A DNA stretch of 52,808 nt from positions 1-52,808 of the forward strand of contig JAGVEL010000039.1 in NCBI GenBank assembly GCA_020058285.1, read 5' to 3'. Origin of the DNA: Candidatus Omnitrophota bacterium. GTDB taxonomy: Bacteria > Omnitrophota > Gorgyraeia > JAHJTE01. The notes beneath the pieces were generated by a model. That model saw nothing but the letters and a program-made list of their open reading frames with translations, had not been told where the DNA came from and made no database searches. This document shows positions 21,491 to 30,730 of the stretch, piece after piece; position 1 is the stretch's first letter; every line of letters begins with the position of its first letter. A program made the position numbers and the translations under genes.

Positions 21491-22645
21491 GTGGATTATT
21501 TGTTGACTGAAGAACAAGTTATGATTAGGCAGCTTTGTAACCAGATTGCTCAGGAAAAGATTAAGCCAATAGCTGCTGAGCTTGACGAGACTGAAGAATT
21601 TCCGCATGCGACTATGAAGATTTTGTCCCAATCTGATCTATTTGGGCTCTACATTCCTCAAGAGTACGGCGGCATGGGTGCAGGTGTTTTAGAATTATGT
21701 ATTGCTACCGAAGAGCTTTCTGCTGCCTGTGGTGGGATTGCAGTCTGTTTCGCAGCTAGTGCCTTGGGTACATTTCCGATATTACTCTTTGGGACTGATG
21801 AACAAAAAAAGAAATATCTGCCGGCTTTGGCAAAAGGGGAATACCTGGCAGCATTTGGAATAACTGAACCTAACGCTGGCTCAGATGCTTCAGCGATTGA
21901 AACAACTGCAAAAAAGTCCGGAGATCATTATATTTTAAACGGCCTAAAACATTTTATTACTAACGGCGGTGATGCTCAGGTTTATGTTGTTATAGCAATG
22001 ACTGATAAGACAAAAGGCGCGCGCGGCGCCTCAGCGTTTATTGTTGAAAAAGGAACGCCGGGATTTACCTTTGGGAAAAAAGAAAAGAAAATGGGAATCC
22101 GTGCCTCGTCAACTTGTGAGCTTATATTTACTGATTGTAAAATTCCTAAAGAAAACTTATTAGCTAAAGAAGGAATGGGATTTATAGTTACAATGAGGAC
22201 TTTTGATATGAGCCGTCCGGGTGTTGCAGCTCAAGCCTTAGGCATTGCCCAGGGTGCGCTAAATGAGGCAGTAAGTTATGCAGTAACTCGCCAGCAATTC
22301 GGCAAACCGATTTCCAGTTTTCAAGGCATACAATTTATGCTAGCAGATATGGCAACCCAGGTTGAAGCAGCCAGGGCTCTTGTTTATGCAACAGCAAGAA
22401 TGATTGATAAAGGCGACACTAATTGTGCTAAGGAATCAGCTATGGCAAAATTATTTGCTTCTGATGTGGCAATGTCTGTTAGCACAGATGCAGTGCAGAT
22501 CTTAGGCGGATACGGCTATATGCGCGATTATCCGGTTGAGAAATATATGCGCGATGCCAAGATTACCCAGATTTACGAAGGCACAAATCAGATTCAGCGC
22601 GGAATTATCGCCTTGCAACTGATAAAGCAGGCGAAGAAGAAATAA
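21491..22645 (+). CDS. Acyl-CoA dehydrogenase (butyryl-CoA dehydrogenase-like)
   Basis: FGITEPNAGSD, LNGLKHFITNG, KKMGIRAS, GGYGYMRDYPVE..RDAKITQIYEGTNQIQ; start probably GTG 21491 after GGAGG. Confidence 0.93.
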   Translation: MDYLLTEEQVMIRQLCNQIAQEKIKPIAAELDETEEFPHATMKILSQSDLFGLYIPQEYGGMGAGVLELCIATEELSAACGGIAVCFAASALGTFPILLFGTDEQKKKYLPALAKGEYLAAFGITEPNAGSDASAIETTAKKSGDHYILNGLKHFITNGGDAQVYVVIAMTDKTKGARGASAFIVEKGTPGFTFGKKEKKMGIRASSTCELIFTDCKIPKENLLAKEGMGFIVTMRTFDMSRPGVAAQALGIAQGALNEAVSYAVTRQQFGKPISSFQGIQFMLADMATQVEAARALVYATARMIDKGDTNCAKESAMAKLFASDVAMSVSTDAVQILGGYGYMRDYPVEKYMRDAKITQIYEGTNQIQRGIIALQLIKQAKKK

Positions 22646-22653
22646 ATATATTT

Positions 22654-23169
22654 ATGAATAATAGGTCTTTTACCCTTATAGAGCTAGTAATAGTTCTTTC
22701 AATATTGGCGATTTTAGCTTCAGCTGCAGTTTCTACTTTTATAGATATATCGAATAAGGCACTCAATATTCAAGAAAATTCTACTATAAATGGTATTCGC
22801 GCCGGTATACTTTTATATAAAGCAAAATATGATGCTTGGCCTGATGGGAATGCTTTTGGAACTGATTGGAATCCATTTATGGTTTTAGATAATCCGCCAG
22901 CCAATGAACGCAGTAATTGTTGTAACGGAACGAAATGGTGTTGGAATAGGGATCAAAGCGGGCCTAATCCGCCTAATCCCTATTTTTGGCATATTATGTG
23001 TCCACATTCTGGTGTGCCTGGATGTTTTAATCCGGGCGAACCTCTTATAGGCTGGCAGTGGGTTTATTTTCCAACAAGCGGGAGAGATTTTTGCAATGCA
23101 TGGCGCTCAGTTGGCTCAGTAGGTAAATTTCATAATTGTGGAGCAGCAGGTGATTATGTAGGCCACTAA
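22654..23169 (+). CDS. Type IV pilin/pseudopilin-like protein 1 with a Trp/Cys/Pro-rich head
   Basis: Class III signal peptide MNNRS|FTLIELVIVLSILAILA with E5 and a hydrophobic helix. Confidence 0.8.
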   Translation: MNNRSFTLIELVIVLSILAILASAAVSTFIDISNKALNIQENSTINGIRAGILLYKAKYDAWPDGNAFGTDWNPFMVLDNPPANERSNCCNGTKWCWNRDQSGPNPPNPYFWHIMCPHSGVPGCFNPGEPLIGWQWVYFPTSGRDFCNAWRSVGSVGKFHNCGAAGDYVGH

Positions 23170-23180
23170 CTGGTTAAACA

Positions 23181-23690
23181 ATGAATAAGCAAGCATTTAC
23201 GCTCCTGGAATTGATTATTGTTTTGGCTCTTTTAGCTATATTAGCTTCTGTTGCTGTGGCAAGATTTGTAGATTTAACCAAGAAGGCACTCGATATCCAG
23301 GAGCGTGCGACTATGCATGCTGTTGGTACTGCGGTGCTTTTATATAAAGCTCAATATGATGCTTGGCCTGATGGAGATCCGTCAGTTTGGAATCCGTTTA
23401 TGCTCTTAGAAAATCCGCCACCCTATGAAATAAACTGGCCGTTTAATGATCCTGATCCAAATAATAGGAATTGGTTTCTTTTAAGGGATGGTAATGGGCT
23501 GCCTTATAATAATTCTTATTGGCGAATCTGGTGTCCACATGCTTCAAATTCATCGCCTTGGGAGGCTGGTTGGGAATGGGCGTATATGGTACAAACTGGA
23601 TACGATGCTTGGACTGCTTGTGGTGCAGGGAATTGTGTTCATCAGGCTGGCCAGGTCTTAGAGGTGATAGGTTGGCGCAAGGGTCATTGA
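23181..23690 (+). CDS. Type IV pilin/pseudopilin-like protein 2, paralogue of the upstream gene
   Basis: MNKQA|FTLLELIIVLALLAILA; shares LLYKAxYDAWPDG, WNPFM.L.NPP, CPH, GWxWxY and terminal GH with protein 1. Confidence 0.8.
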   Translation: MNKQAFTLLELIIVLALLAILASVAVARFVDLTKKALDIQERATMHAVGTAVLLYKAQYDAWPDGDPSVWNPFMLLENPPPYEINWPFNDPDPNNRNWFLLRDGNGLPYNNSYWRIWCPHASNSSPWEAGWEWAYMVQTGYDAWTACGAGNCVHQAGQVLEVIGWRKGH

Positions 23691-23703
23691 TTTAAGAAAA
23701 ATT

Positions 23704-24504
23704 ATGAACATTATCGTTTGTATAAAACAAGTTCCGGAAACCGGGGATGTGAAAATAAATCCCCAGACAAATACCTTGATTCGCGAAGGGGTTAAATCAA
23801 TTATTAATCCTTTTGATATGTATGCAATCGAAGAAAGTATCCGGTTAAAGGAAAAATTTGGCGGCAAGGTTACTGTGATTACCATGGGCCCGCCGCAAGC
23901 AGATATTGCTTTGCGCGAAGCGCTGTCATTAGGAGTTGACGAAGCTGTTTTAGTTACAGATAGGGCATTTGCCGGGTCAGACACCTGGGCAACAAGTTAT
24001 ATTTTATCTTGCGTGATTAAAAAATTAGGCATCTTTGATTTGATTATCTGCGGGAAACAAGCGTCTGACGGAGATACTGCTCAGGTCGGGCCAGGCATTT
24101 CTGTTCATTTAGATATTCCTCAGGTTACGTTTGTTAAAAAGATAGAAAAGATTGAGGATGGCATTTGCCAGGTAGAAAGATTAACTGAAGATGGTTTTGA
24201 AATCATTAAATCATCTTTACCTGTTGTTTTAACAGTTGTAAAGGAAATCAATGAGCCCAGACTTCCGTCTTTGCGTAATATGATGCGTTCAAAAAGCGCT
24301 GTGATAAAAAAAATTACAGCTCACGATTTGGATATTGATAAAGCCAAGATTGGCCTTGATGGTTCGCCGACTCAGGTGGTGCATATTTTTAGCCCACCGC
24401 CTCGACAAAAAGGCCTTGTTTTTGAAGGCGATGCTGGAGATGTGACGGAAAAATTAGTAAATTTGTTAAAAGACGCGGTCTTACAGGCGAAAACAGGAAA
24501 GTAA
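23704..24504 (+). CDS. etfB: Electron transfer flavoprotein beta subunit
   Basis: IVCIKQVP, INPFDMYAIEE, FAGSDTWAT, GKQASDGDTAQVGP, INEPRLP. Confidence 0.95.
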   Translation: MNIIVCIKQVPETGDVKINPQTNTLIREGVKSIINPFDMYAIEESIRLKEKFGGKVTVITMGPPQADIALREALSLGVDEAVLVTDRAFAGSDTWATSYILSCVIKKLGIFDLIICGKQASDGDTAQVGPGISVHLDIPQVTFVKKIEKIEDGICQVERLTEDGFEIIKSSLPVVLTVVKEINEPRLPSLRNMMRSKSAVIKKITAHDLDIDKAKIGLDGSPTQVVHIFSPPPRQKGLVFEGDAGDVTEKLVNLLKDAVLQAKTGK

Positions 24505-24516
24505 AAAAATAAAAAT

Positions 24517-25710
24517 ATGTCTATCAAAGTCATAAAAGATAAGTGCACTGGTTGTAAATTATGCGTAAATTCCTGTCCGAAATCAGCAATTACGGTTGTT
24601 GAAAAGAGAGCGGTTATTGACTTAGAAAAATGTAATCTTTGCGGTGCTTGTCTTGATGCTTGCAAATTCCAGGCGATTATTATTGAGAAAACGCAAGCAG
24701 ATGCTAAGAATTTAAAAGATTATCGCGGAGTCTGGGTATTTGCTGAAAACAAAAATGGCAAAATTGCGCCTGTGGTTTTCGAATTACTTAACGAAGGTCG
24801 CAGGCTAGCAGATACATTAGGCGTAGAATTATCAGCTGTTCTCTTGGGCCATCACCTGACTCATCAGCATCAGGAGTTAATTGAAAGAGGCGCAGATTTT
24901 GTTTATCTCGTTGATGAACCAATATTTTCTGGATTTATTGATGAGGCGTATTCTAACGCCTTGACCCATTTAATAGATAAATATAAACCAGAGATTGTCC
25001 TGGCTGGCGCTACAACTATCGGCCGGTCTTTAATCTCTCGGGTTGCAGTAAAATTATATACAGGCCTGACTGCTGATTGTACTAGTTTTGAGATAGATAA
25101 AGATTCGCGTTGCCTGCTTCAAACAAGGCCGGCTTTCGGCGGAAATATTATGGCAACGATTATTACCAAAAATCACAGGCCGCAAATGGCTACTGCTAGG
25201 CATAAGGTAATGAAAGAAGCGCCTATCCAAAAAGATAGGAAGGGCAAAGTTATAAAAGAACATTTAAATGGTTCTTTACTTACATCGCGCACTACACTTT
25301 TGGACTTTATTTCTGATCTTAGTCAAAAGGTAAATTTAACTGAGGCGGATATTATTGTTTCCGGGGGCCGCGGATTAGGTGCTCCAGAAAATTTTAACTT
25401 GATTGAAAATCTCGCCAAAAGTTTAGGCGCAGCAGTTGGGGCATCTCGGGCTGCAGTGGATGCCGGCTGGATCAGTTACTCCCATCAGGTCGGCCAGACC
25501 GGCAGAACAGTTTGCCCTAAGATTTATATTGCCTGCGGCATATCTGGCCAGATTCAACATTTAGTCGGCATGCAGTCATCAGACATTATAATTGCCATAA
25601 ACAAAGATGCTAATGCGCCGATAATCCAGTTGGCAACATATTCAATAATTGGCGATTTGTTTGAAGTAATTCCAATGCTCACAAAAAAATTTGAGCAAGT
25701 TTTAAAATAA
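24517..25710 (+). CDS. etfA: Electron transfer flavoprotein alpha subunit with an N-terminal 2x[4Fe-4S] ferredoxin domain
   Basis: CTGCKLCVNSCP and CNLCGACLDAC; GLTADCT, RPAFGGN, VSGGRG, QVGQTG, GISGQIQH. Confidence 0.95.
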   Translation: MSIKVIKDKCTGCKLCVNSCPKSAITVVEKRAVIDLEKCNLCGACLDACKFQAIIIEKTQADAKNLKDYRGVWVFAENKNGKIAPVVFELLNEGRRLADTLGVELSAVLLGHHLTHQHQELIERGADFVYLVDEPIFSGFIDEAYSNALTHLIDKYKPEIVLAGATTIGRSLISRVAVKLYTGLTADCTSFEIDKDSRCLLQTRPAFGGNIMATIITKNHRPQMATARHKVMKEAPIQKDRKGKVIKEHLNGSLLTSRTTLLDFISDLSQKVNLTEADIIVSGGRGLGAPENFNLIENLAKSLGAAVGASRAAVDAGWISYSHQVGQTGRTVCPKIYIACGISGQIQHLVGMQSSDIIIAINKDANAPIIQLATYSIIGDLFEVIPMLTKKFEQVLK

Positions 25711-25716
25711 AAAACT

Positions 25717-26070
25717 ATGCAGGAAAAACGTAAATTTGTCCGGCTTGATGTGCGGGTTAAAGTGGAATACCAAATTGTTCCATCAACACAGGATAAGATC
25801 CGGTCTTTTACAAAAAATTTAAGCCAGGGCGGTATATGTTTATTTCTAGACTCTGATCTTGAAAAAGACACACTGCTTGATTTAAAGTTATCAATCCCTG
25901 AGCAATCTCAGCCGATTCTCGCTACAGGCAAGGTTGTCTGGGTTGATAGTTTTAGGGTCGGCGATAGCGAAGGAGATCATCTTGAGGCAGGCATTGAATT
26001 TGTCGATATTTTCGACGAGGATCGAGCAAAGATAGCCAAATACGTTTTTGGAGTTTTGCAAAATAAATAG
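25717..26070 (+). CDS. Stand-alone PilZ domain protein (c-di-GMP receptor)
   Basis: EKRKFVR (RxxxR), NLSQGG ([D/N]xSxxG), GKVVW, GIEF. Confidence 0.88.
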   Translation: MQEKRKFVRLDVRVKVEYQIVPSTQDKIRSFTKNLSQGGICLFLDSDLEKDTLLDLKLSIPEQSQPILATGKVVWVDSFRVGDSEGDHLEAGIEFVDIFDEDRAKIAKYVFGVLQNK

Positions 26071-26076
26071 GTTAAT

Positions 26077-29000
26077 ATGTATTTTAAAAAATTAGAGCTT
26101 ATCGGTTTTAAATCTTTTGCCGAAAAAACTGTGCTCAATTTTGAGCCAGGCGTAACCGCTGTTGTCGGCCCGAATGGCTGCGGGAAATCTAATATCTTTG
26201 ATGCTATCCGTTGGGTATTAGGCGAACAATCAGTCAAGGCTATGCGCGGCTCATCAATGGAGGACGTTATATTTAATGGTACTGCTAGTAAACCCCCTCT
26301 GGGCTTTGCTGAAGTGAGCTTAATATTTTCTAACGAAAATAAATTTTTCCATTTAGATTTTGCAGAGATAATGATTACCCGTCGGCTTTTTCGTTCCGGA
26401 GAAAGTGAATATCTTATAAATAAAAATAATGTCCGGCTTAAAGATATCAACGAACTTTTAATGGGCACAGGCATTGCCAGCGAATCTTACTCTTTGGTTG
26501 AACAAGGCAAGATTGACCTAGTTTTAAGCTCAAGGCCGGAAGACAGGCGGGCAATCTTTGACGAGGCAGCCGGTATTACAAAATATAAGTCAAGAAAAAA
26601 AGAGGCGTTAAATAAACTTAAAGATACAGAAGATAATCTTTTGCGCCTCTCTGATATTATTGAAGAGGTGAAACGCCAGATTAATTCTGTTGAGCGCCAG
26701 GCAGCAAAAGCCAGACGCTATCAGGAGAATTTTCAGAATTTAAAGGATTTAGAACTTAAGCTGGCCTTACACGAATTAAGAGAGTTAAATGAACAGATTG
26801 AAAAATTAAAGTCGCAAAAAGAAAATTCTAAAACTAATCTTCATAATTTGGAAAACGAGATTCTCCAATTTAATCAGCAAAAAGAAGACTTAAGCTTTAA
26901 GCTTCAGGAGATTACGTTTAATATTGAAAACTGCGACAAGGAAGCTCTAAAGGCTGATAATATCGTTGACAGATTCTCCGACCAGATAAATGTAAATAAG
27001 GAACGCATAAACGAATTTCGAAAGCGCATTGAGGATTTAAATAGGGAAAAACAGCTTATAATTACCCGCCTGGATGAAGAAAAAGCGCGGCTTGCAACAG
27101 TTAGGCAAGAGCTTGCCTCATTTGATACAACGGTTTCTGAAAGTACAAGAGACATTAAGATTAGAAAGGAATCCTTAGAGACGATTTCTCAAGAATCCGC
27201 CTTAGCGCATAGAACTATTCTTGACTCTAAAAAAGGAATTCTGGAGTTTACCAGCCAACTAACCCGGGTAAGAAACGATTGTCTAAAACTTAATAGCGAA
27301 TTAACTGTTCTTTCTACGAGAATTCGGCGTTTAAGCTTGGAAAAGGCAAAGGTCAGCGAGGAGAAACTTCAAGTTGATAAAAATTTTGAACAATTTAATT
27401 CGCAATTATCCCTTACTAAAAATCAGGTTGATTCTTTAAGCACTGGTTTAAATTCGATTCAACAGACAACAAAAACGCAGCAATTAAGTTTAGACGAAGT
27501 CGAGAATTCTATAAATAAATTAGAAAAAGAGATTTCTAACCTTGCGTCCCAAAAAGAATTCTTGCTGAATCTAAAGACAAAATATGCTGATTTACCTGAC
27601 GCTGGGGATGCTACTGTGATTATTGACAGCCGGGATTTATTGCCAGGAATGAATATCCTGGGCAAGGTAGAAAGAATTAATGATAATGGACATATTTCTT
27701 GCAAGGTAAAGATTATTGATTTGGATTTAGATAAGGTAATTAAGCGCGAGGGATTTGCGATAGCGCAGTTAGCAGATTTAATTGCAAGTAAAGAAAAAAT
27801 TTCAAGCGAGATTGCGGCAAATCAGAGGATTATTTTAAGTAAAGAGTCAGAATTGAAAGATGCCCAAATGAAATTCTCCAATATAAATACCCAGGCAGGC
27901 ATTGTTAAAGAAAATAGCCTAAAATTTGATGAGGAATTAAGTATTATAAATGAGGAATTAGTTGAGGTAAGTAAAGAGTCAGGGGCTATAGAAGCGAGCC
28001 TAGAAAAATCAAAAACTCAGAGTAGTGCGTTGGAAAAAGAAATAATTAATTTGGAAACTTTGATTTCCCATAACCAGGAATTGGTTGTTAACTTAAGCCT
28101 CAAACGCGAGACAACCTTAGTTGATATTACACAGTTAGAAACTCAATTTTCCTCCCTAGCTGACAAACGTCAATCCTTAGAGAATTCGTTACGTTTAATG
28201 GAGTCATCTTTTAACCAGGATACGCATAGACAGCAGGATAATGACCGGCAAAGCCAAGAGGCTGATGATCGGATCAGCCAACTAGGGGAGCACATCTTGC
28301 AATTGGATAAGGAAATTAATCAAGCCAAGGTGAGTAAAGATGGTGTGCTACGCCAGTTAGAAGAATACAAAGTTCAAAGAGATGAGTTGAATAACTCAGT
28401 TAAGAGTAAGCAGTTAGAGATGAATAATAAAACTGCGCAAGTGGACGATATTCGCCAGGCTGATTTTGACTTAAGCTCAAAAGAGCAGGAAGCTAACTTT
28501 AAGATACTGGGTATTAAAAATAGGCTTGATTCCATTTATCATATTAATCTTGATAGCCTGGAGCCGCCTAAACAGTTATTAACCGAGGAAGAGTTAGGCA
28601 ATATTCAGGCAGAAATTCAAAAATTAAAGGAAAAACTAGATTCTTACGGAACAGTTAATTTAGTGGCAATTGAAGAACATGAGGAGTTAAAGACCAGGTA
28701 TGAGTTTTTAATAAACCAACAAAATGATTTACTCTCAGCCAAAGATTCGATACATAAGGCCATAGCTAAGATTAACCAGACAACGCGCAAGATGTTTTTA
28801 GAAACGTTTGCCAAGATTCAGGAGAACTTTAAGTCTTATTATAGATTACTGTTCAATGGCGGAGAAGCCCAGATTTTTCTTATTGATGAGAATGATGTAT
28901 TGGAATCAGGTATCGAGATTGTTTGCCGGCCGCCAGGTAAAAAGCTTCAGAATATTTCTTTGTTATCCGGCGGGGAAAAATCGCTTTCGGCAATAGCCTT

Positions 29001-29286
29001 AATCTTTGCTGTATTTAAGGTCAGGCCATCGCCATTTTGTATTTTAGATGAGATTGATGCAGCCTTAGATGAGTCTAATATTGACCGTTATAACCGGGTA
29101 TTACATGAATTTTTAAAGACAACCCAGTTCATTATTATTACCCACAATAAGAAAACGATTACTAATGCTGATGTAATGTATGGGATTACGATGCAGGAGT
29201 CAGGTGTGTCTAAAGTTGTCTCAGTGAAGTTTGCTAAAGATAAAGCAGCCAAAGAAATCAGCCCTAAAGAGCCTACCGCAGTATAA
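26077..29286 (+). CDS. smc: Chromosome segregation protein SMC with an atypically short central hinge
   Basis: GFKSF, GPNGCGKSN, MEDVIF, EQG, LSGGEK, ILDEIDAALD, IIITH; long coiled coils. Confidence 0.92.
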   Translation: MYFKKLELIGFKSFAEKTVLNFEPGVTAVVGPNGCGKSNIFDAIRWVLGEQSVKAMRGSSMEDVIFNGTASKPPLGFAEVSLIFSNENKFFHLDFAEIMITRRLFRSGESEYLINKNNVRLKDINELLMGTGIASESYSLVEQGKIDLVLSSRPEDRRAIFDEAAGITKYKSRKKEALNKLKDTEDNLLRLSDIIEEVKRQINSVERQAAKARRYQENFQNLKDLELKLALHELRELNEQIEKLKSQKENSKTNLHNLENEILQFNQQKEDLSFKLQEITFNIENCDKEALKADNIVDRFSDQINVNKERINEFRKRIEDLNREKQLIITRLDEEKARLATVRQELASFDTTVSESTRDIKIRKESLETISQESALAHRTILDSKKGILEFTSQLTRVRNDCLKLNSELTVLSTRIRRLSLEKAKVSEEKLQVDKNFEQFNSQLSLTKNQVDSLSTGLNSIQQTTKTQQLSLDEVENSINKLEKEISNLASQKEFLLNLKTKYADLPDAGDATVIIDSRDLLPGMNILGKVERINDNGHISCKVKIIDLDLDKVIKREGFAIAQLADLIASKEKISSEIAANQRIILSKESELKDAQMKFSNINTQAGIVKENSLKFDEELSIINEELVEVSKESGAIEASLEKSKTQSSALEKEIINLETLISHNQELVVNLSLKRETTLVDITQLETQFSSLADKRQSLENSLRLMESSFNQDTHRQQDNDRQSQEADDRISQLGEHILQLDKEINQAKVSKDGVLRQLEEYKVQRDELNNSVKSKQLEMNNKTAQVDDIRQADFDLSSKEQEANFKILGIKNRLDSIYHINLDSLEPPKQLLTEEELGNIQAEIQKLKEKLDSYGTVNLVAIEEHEELKTRYEFLINQQNDLLSAKDSIHKAIAKINQTTRKMFLETFAKIQENFKSYYRLLFNGGEAQIFLIDENDVLESGIEIVCRPPGKKLQNISLLSGGEKSLSAIALIFAVFKVRPSPFCILDEIDAALDESNIDRYNRVLHEFLKTTQFIIITHNKKTITNADVMYGITMQESGVSKVVSVKFAKDKAAKEISPKEPTAV

Positions 29287-29292
29287 TTAATT

Positions 29293-30474
29293 CTAACTTT
29301 CAAAAACCACAGTCTTATTCTTTCCAGACTTTTTAGCAAGATACAATGATGTATCTGTCCGGGTTAACAGCTGTTGTTTATCCTCGGCATCAAGCGGAAA
29401 ATTTGCCAGGCCAATACTTACCGTAAGTTTTCGCTCCGGCTGAATCTCTTCTTTCCAAAATAAATAATTAAAGATCTGATTGCGCAGCCGCTCAGCAATA
29501 TCAAATGCTTCTAGCTTGCCTGTGCGCGTCAAGATTATAGCGAATTCCTCGCCGCCATAACGGCAAACGTAGTCTAATTTACGGCTGGAATTTTTTAATA
29601 TTGCGCCGATTTGGCTAAGGATTTTATCTCCGGCCTGGTGGCCCAATGTATCGTTATAATTTTTAAAATTATCAATATCAATTAATAGCAGGCTTAAGGG
29701 AGAGCTGGCGTGCTTTGCATAATTTATTTCTCTTTCTAATGTATCTTGGAAATAGCCATGGTTCCACAATTTAGTAAGAGAATCAGTTTGAGCCTGGAGC
29801 ACTGTCTGTTCATAAAGAAATGAGTTTTCTATGGCCAAGCCTGCTTGGTTGGCAAACATCATCAAGATTCGGATATCATCGTTGTCAATGGGTTTATGGG
29901 TAAAGATATTGTCCGCAAACAATACGCCTAATACTTTATTTTTTGATTTTAATGGAACACTGACAAACTCTACGGGTTTGAGTAATTTTATGATTGGGTC
30001 ATCAGGCCGATTTTGGATTGTATCTTTTTGTATTTGCAGTACCATCCCGTTTAGCGCAGTTACGGCAATTATTCCACCTTCTTCAGTCAAGGGGATTTTT
30101 AATCCGGTAATCAATTTATTTAATTTGGAATCAATCATTTTCCCGGACAATTTATAAGCCATAATTAGGTCTTCAAGGTCCATTTTGCTTTCTTCAATCT
30201 TATTCCATATTTGGCTGGCTTCATCACCGCTTTCTGCGCCCAGGCCCATTTTTGCTTCAATTACGCCTTCTTTTTCATGAGTTAGAAAAAGAATTGCCCG
30301 GTTAAAACCCAAGCCGACATGGGCTGTAACTCCGGTAAGTATAGCAAAGAGTATCTCGTCTAGCCTGAGCGTGGTTCGCATGGCATTAGAAATCTCATAA
30401 AGGATTCCTAATTCTGCCCTTTGCTTAGCCAATTCTTCCTTCAGGCGAACAATAATCTGCTTGTCTTCGTCCAT
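29293..30474 (-). CDS. GAF-GGDEF diguanylate cyclase
   Basis: GAF-like region (GFNRAILF..VPL..GVLFADN..FANQAGLAIEN), TDSLT, DIDNFK.YND..GH..GD, RKLD I-site, RYGGEEF. Confidence 0.92.
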   Translation of the reverse strand: MDEDKQIIVRLKEELAKQRAELGILYEISNAMRTTLRLDEILFAILTGVTAHVGLGFNRAILFLTHEKEGVIEAKMGLGAESGDEASQIWNKIEESKMDLEDLIMAYKLSGKMIDSKLNKLITGLKIPLTEEGGIIAVTALNGMVLQIQKDTIQNRPDDPIIKLLKPVEFVSVPLKSKNKVLGVLFADNIFTHKPIDNDDIRILMMFANQAGLAIENSFLYEQTVLQAQTDSLTKLWNHGYFQDTLEREINYAKHASSPLSLLLIDIDNFKNYNDTLGHQAGDKILSQIGAILKNSSRKLDYVCRYGGEEFAIILTRTGKLEAFDIAERLRNQIFNYLFWKEEIQPERKLTVSIGLANFPLDAEDKQQLLTRTDTSLYLAKKSGKNKTVVFES

Positions 30475-30521
30475 ATCTTCCTTATTTAGAATAGGTTTGC
30501 TATATTAATTTAATAAGGCAA

Positions 30522-30550
30522 AATTTAACATATAAACAGCCCATTGTCAA
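30522..30550 (-). promoter_or_regulatory. sigma70 promoter for the diguanylate cyclase gene
   Basis: On the minus strand: TTGACA (30550-30545), 17-nt spacer ending in TGn, TAAATT (30527-30522). Confidence 0.65.
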
Positions 30551-30707
30551 TAGCTAACCGCAAAACCGCAAAATAGCCAGTAAATAGCCTCCATAGCGCA
30601 AACATGGTTGCCGGTAGCTAGGGGAGCGCAGAAACAATCTTTGCGTTCTTAGCGGTTTAGTGATTATATTAACTGATTTTGCGGCCTTTGCGGTTAACTG
30701 ATTGACA
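30545..30707. mobile_element. MITE-like element with ~30-bp imperfect terminal inverted repeats (TGT...ACA ends)
   Basis: Left end TGTCAAT-AGCTAACCGCAAA-ACCGCAAAAT versus reverse complement of right end TGTCAATCAGTTAACCGCAAAGGCCGCAAAAT; internal hairpin; no coding capacity. Confidence 0.55.
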
Positions 30708-30730
30708 GCTAATGATATAAGTTGTATAAT
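30702..30730 (+). promoter_or_regulatory. Consensus sigma70 promoter for the recA operon
   Basis: TTGACA (30702-30707), 17-nt spacer, TATAAT (30725-30730). Confidence 0.85.

Noticed and set aside
22654-23690. Diversity-generating retroelement acting on the pilin genes
   Set aside because: No reverse transcriptase or template repeat in the window; differences between the paralogues include indels and are not adenine-restricted.
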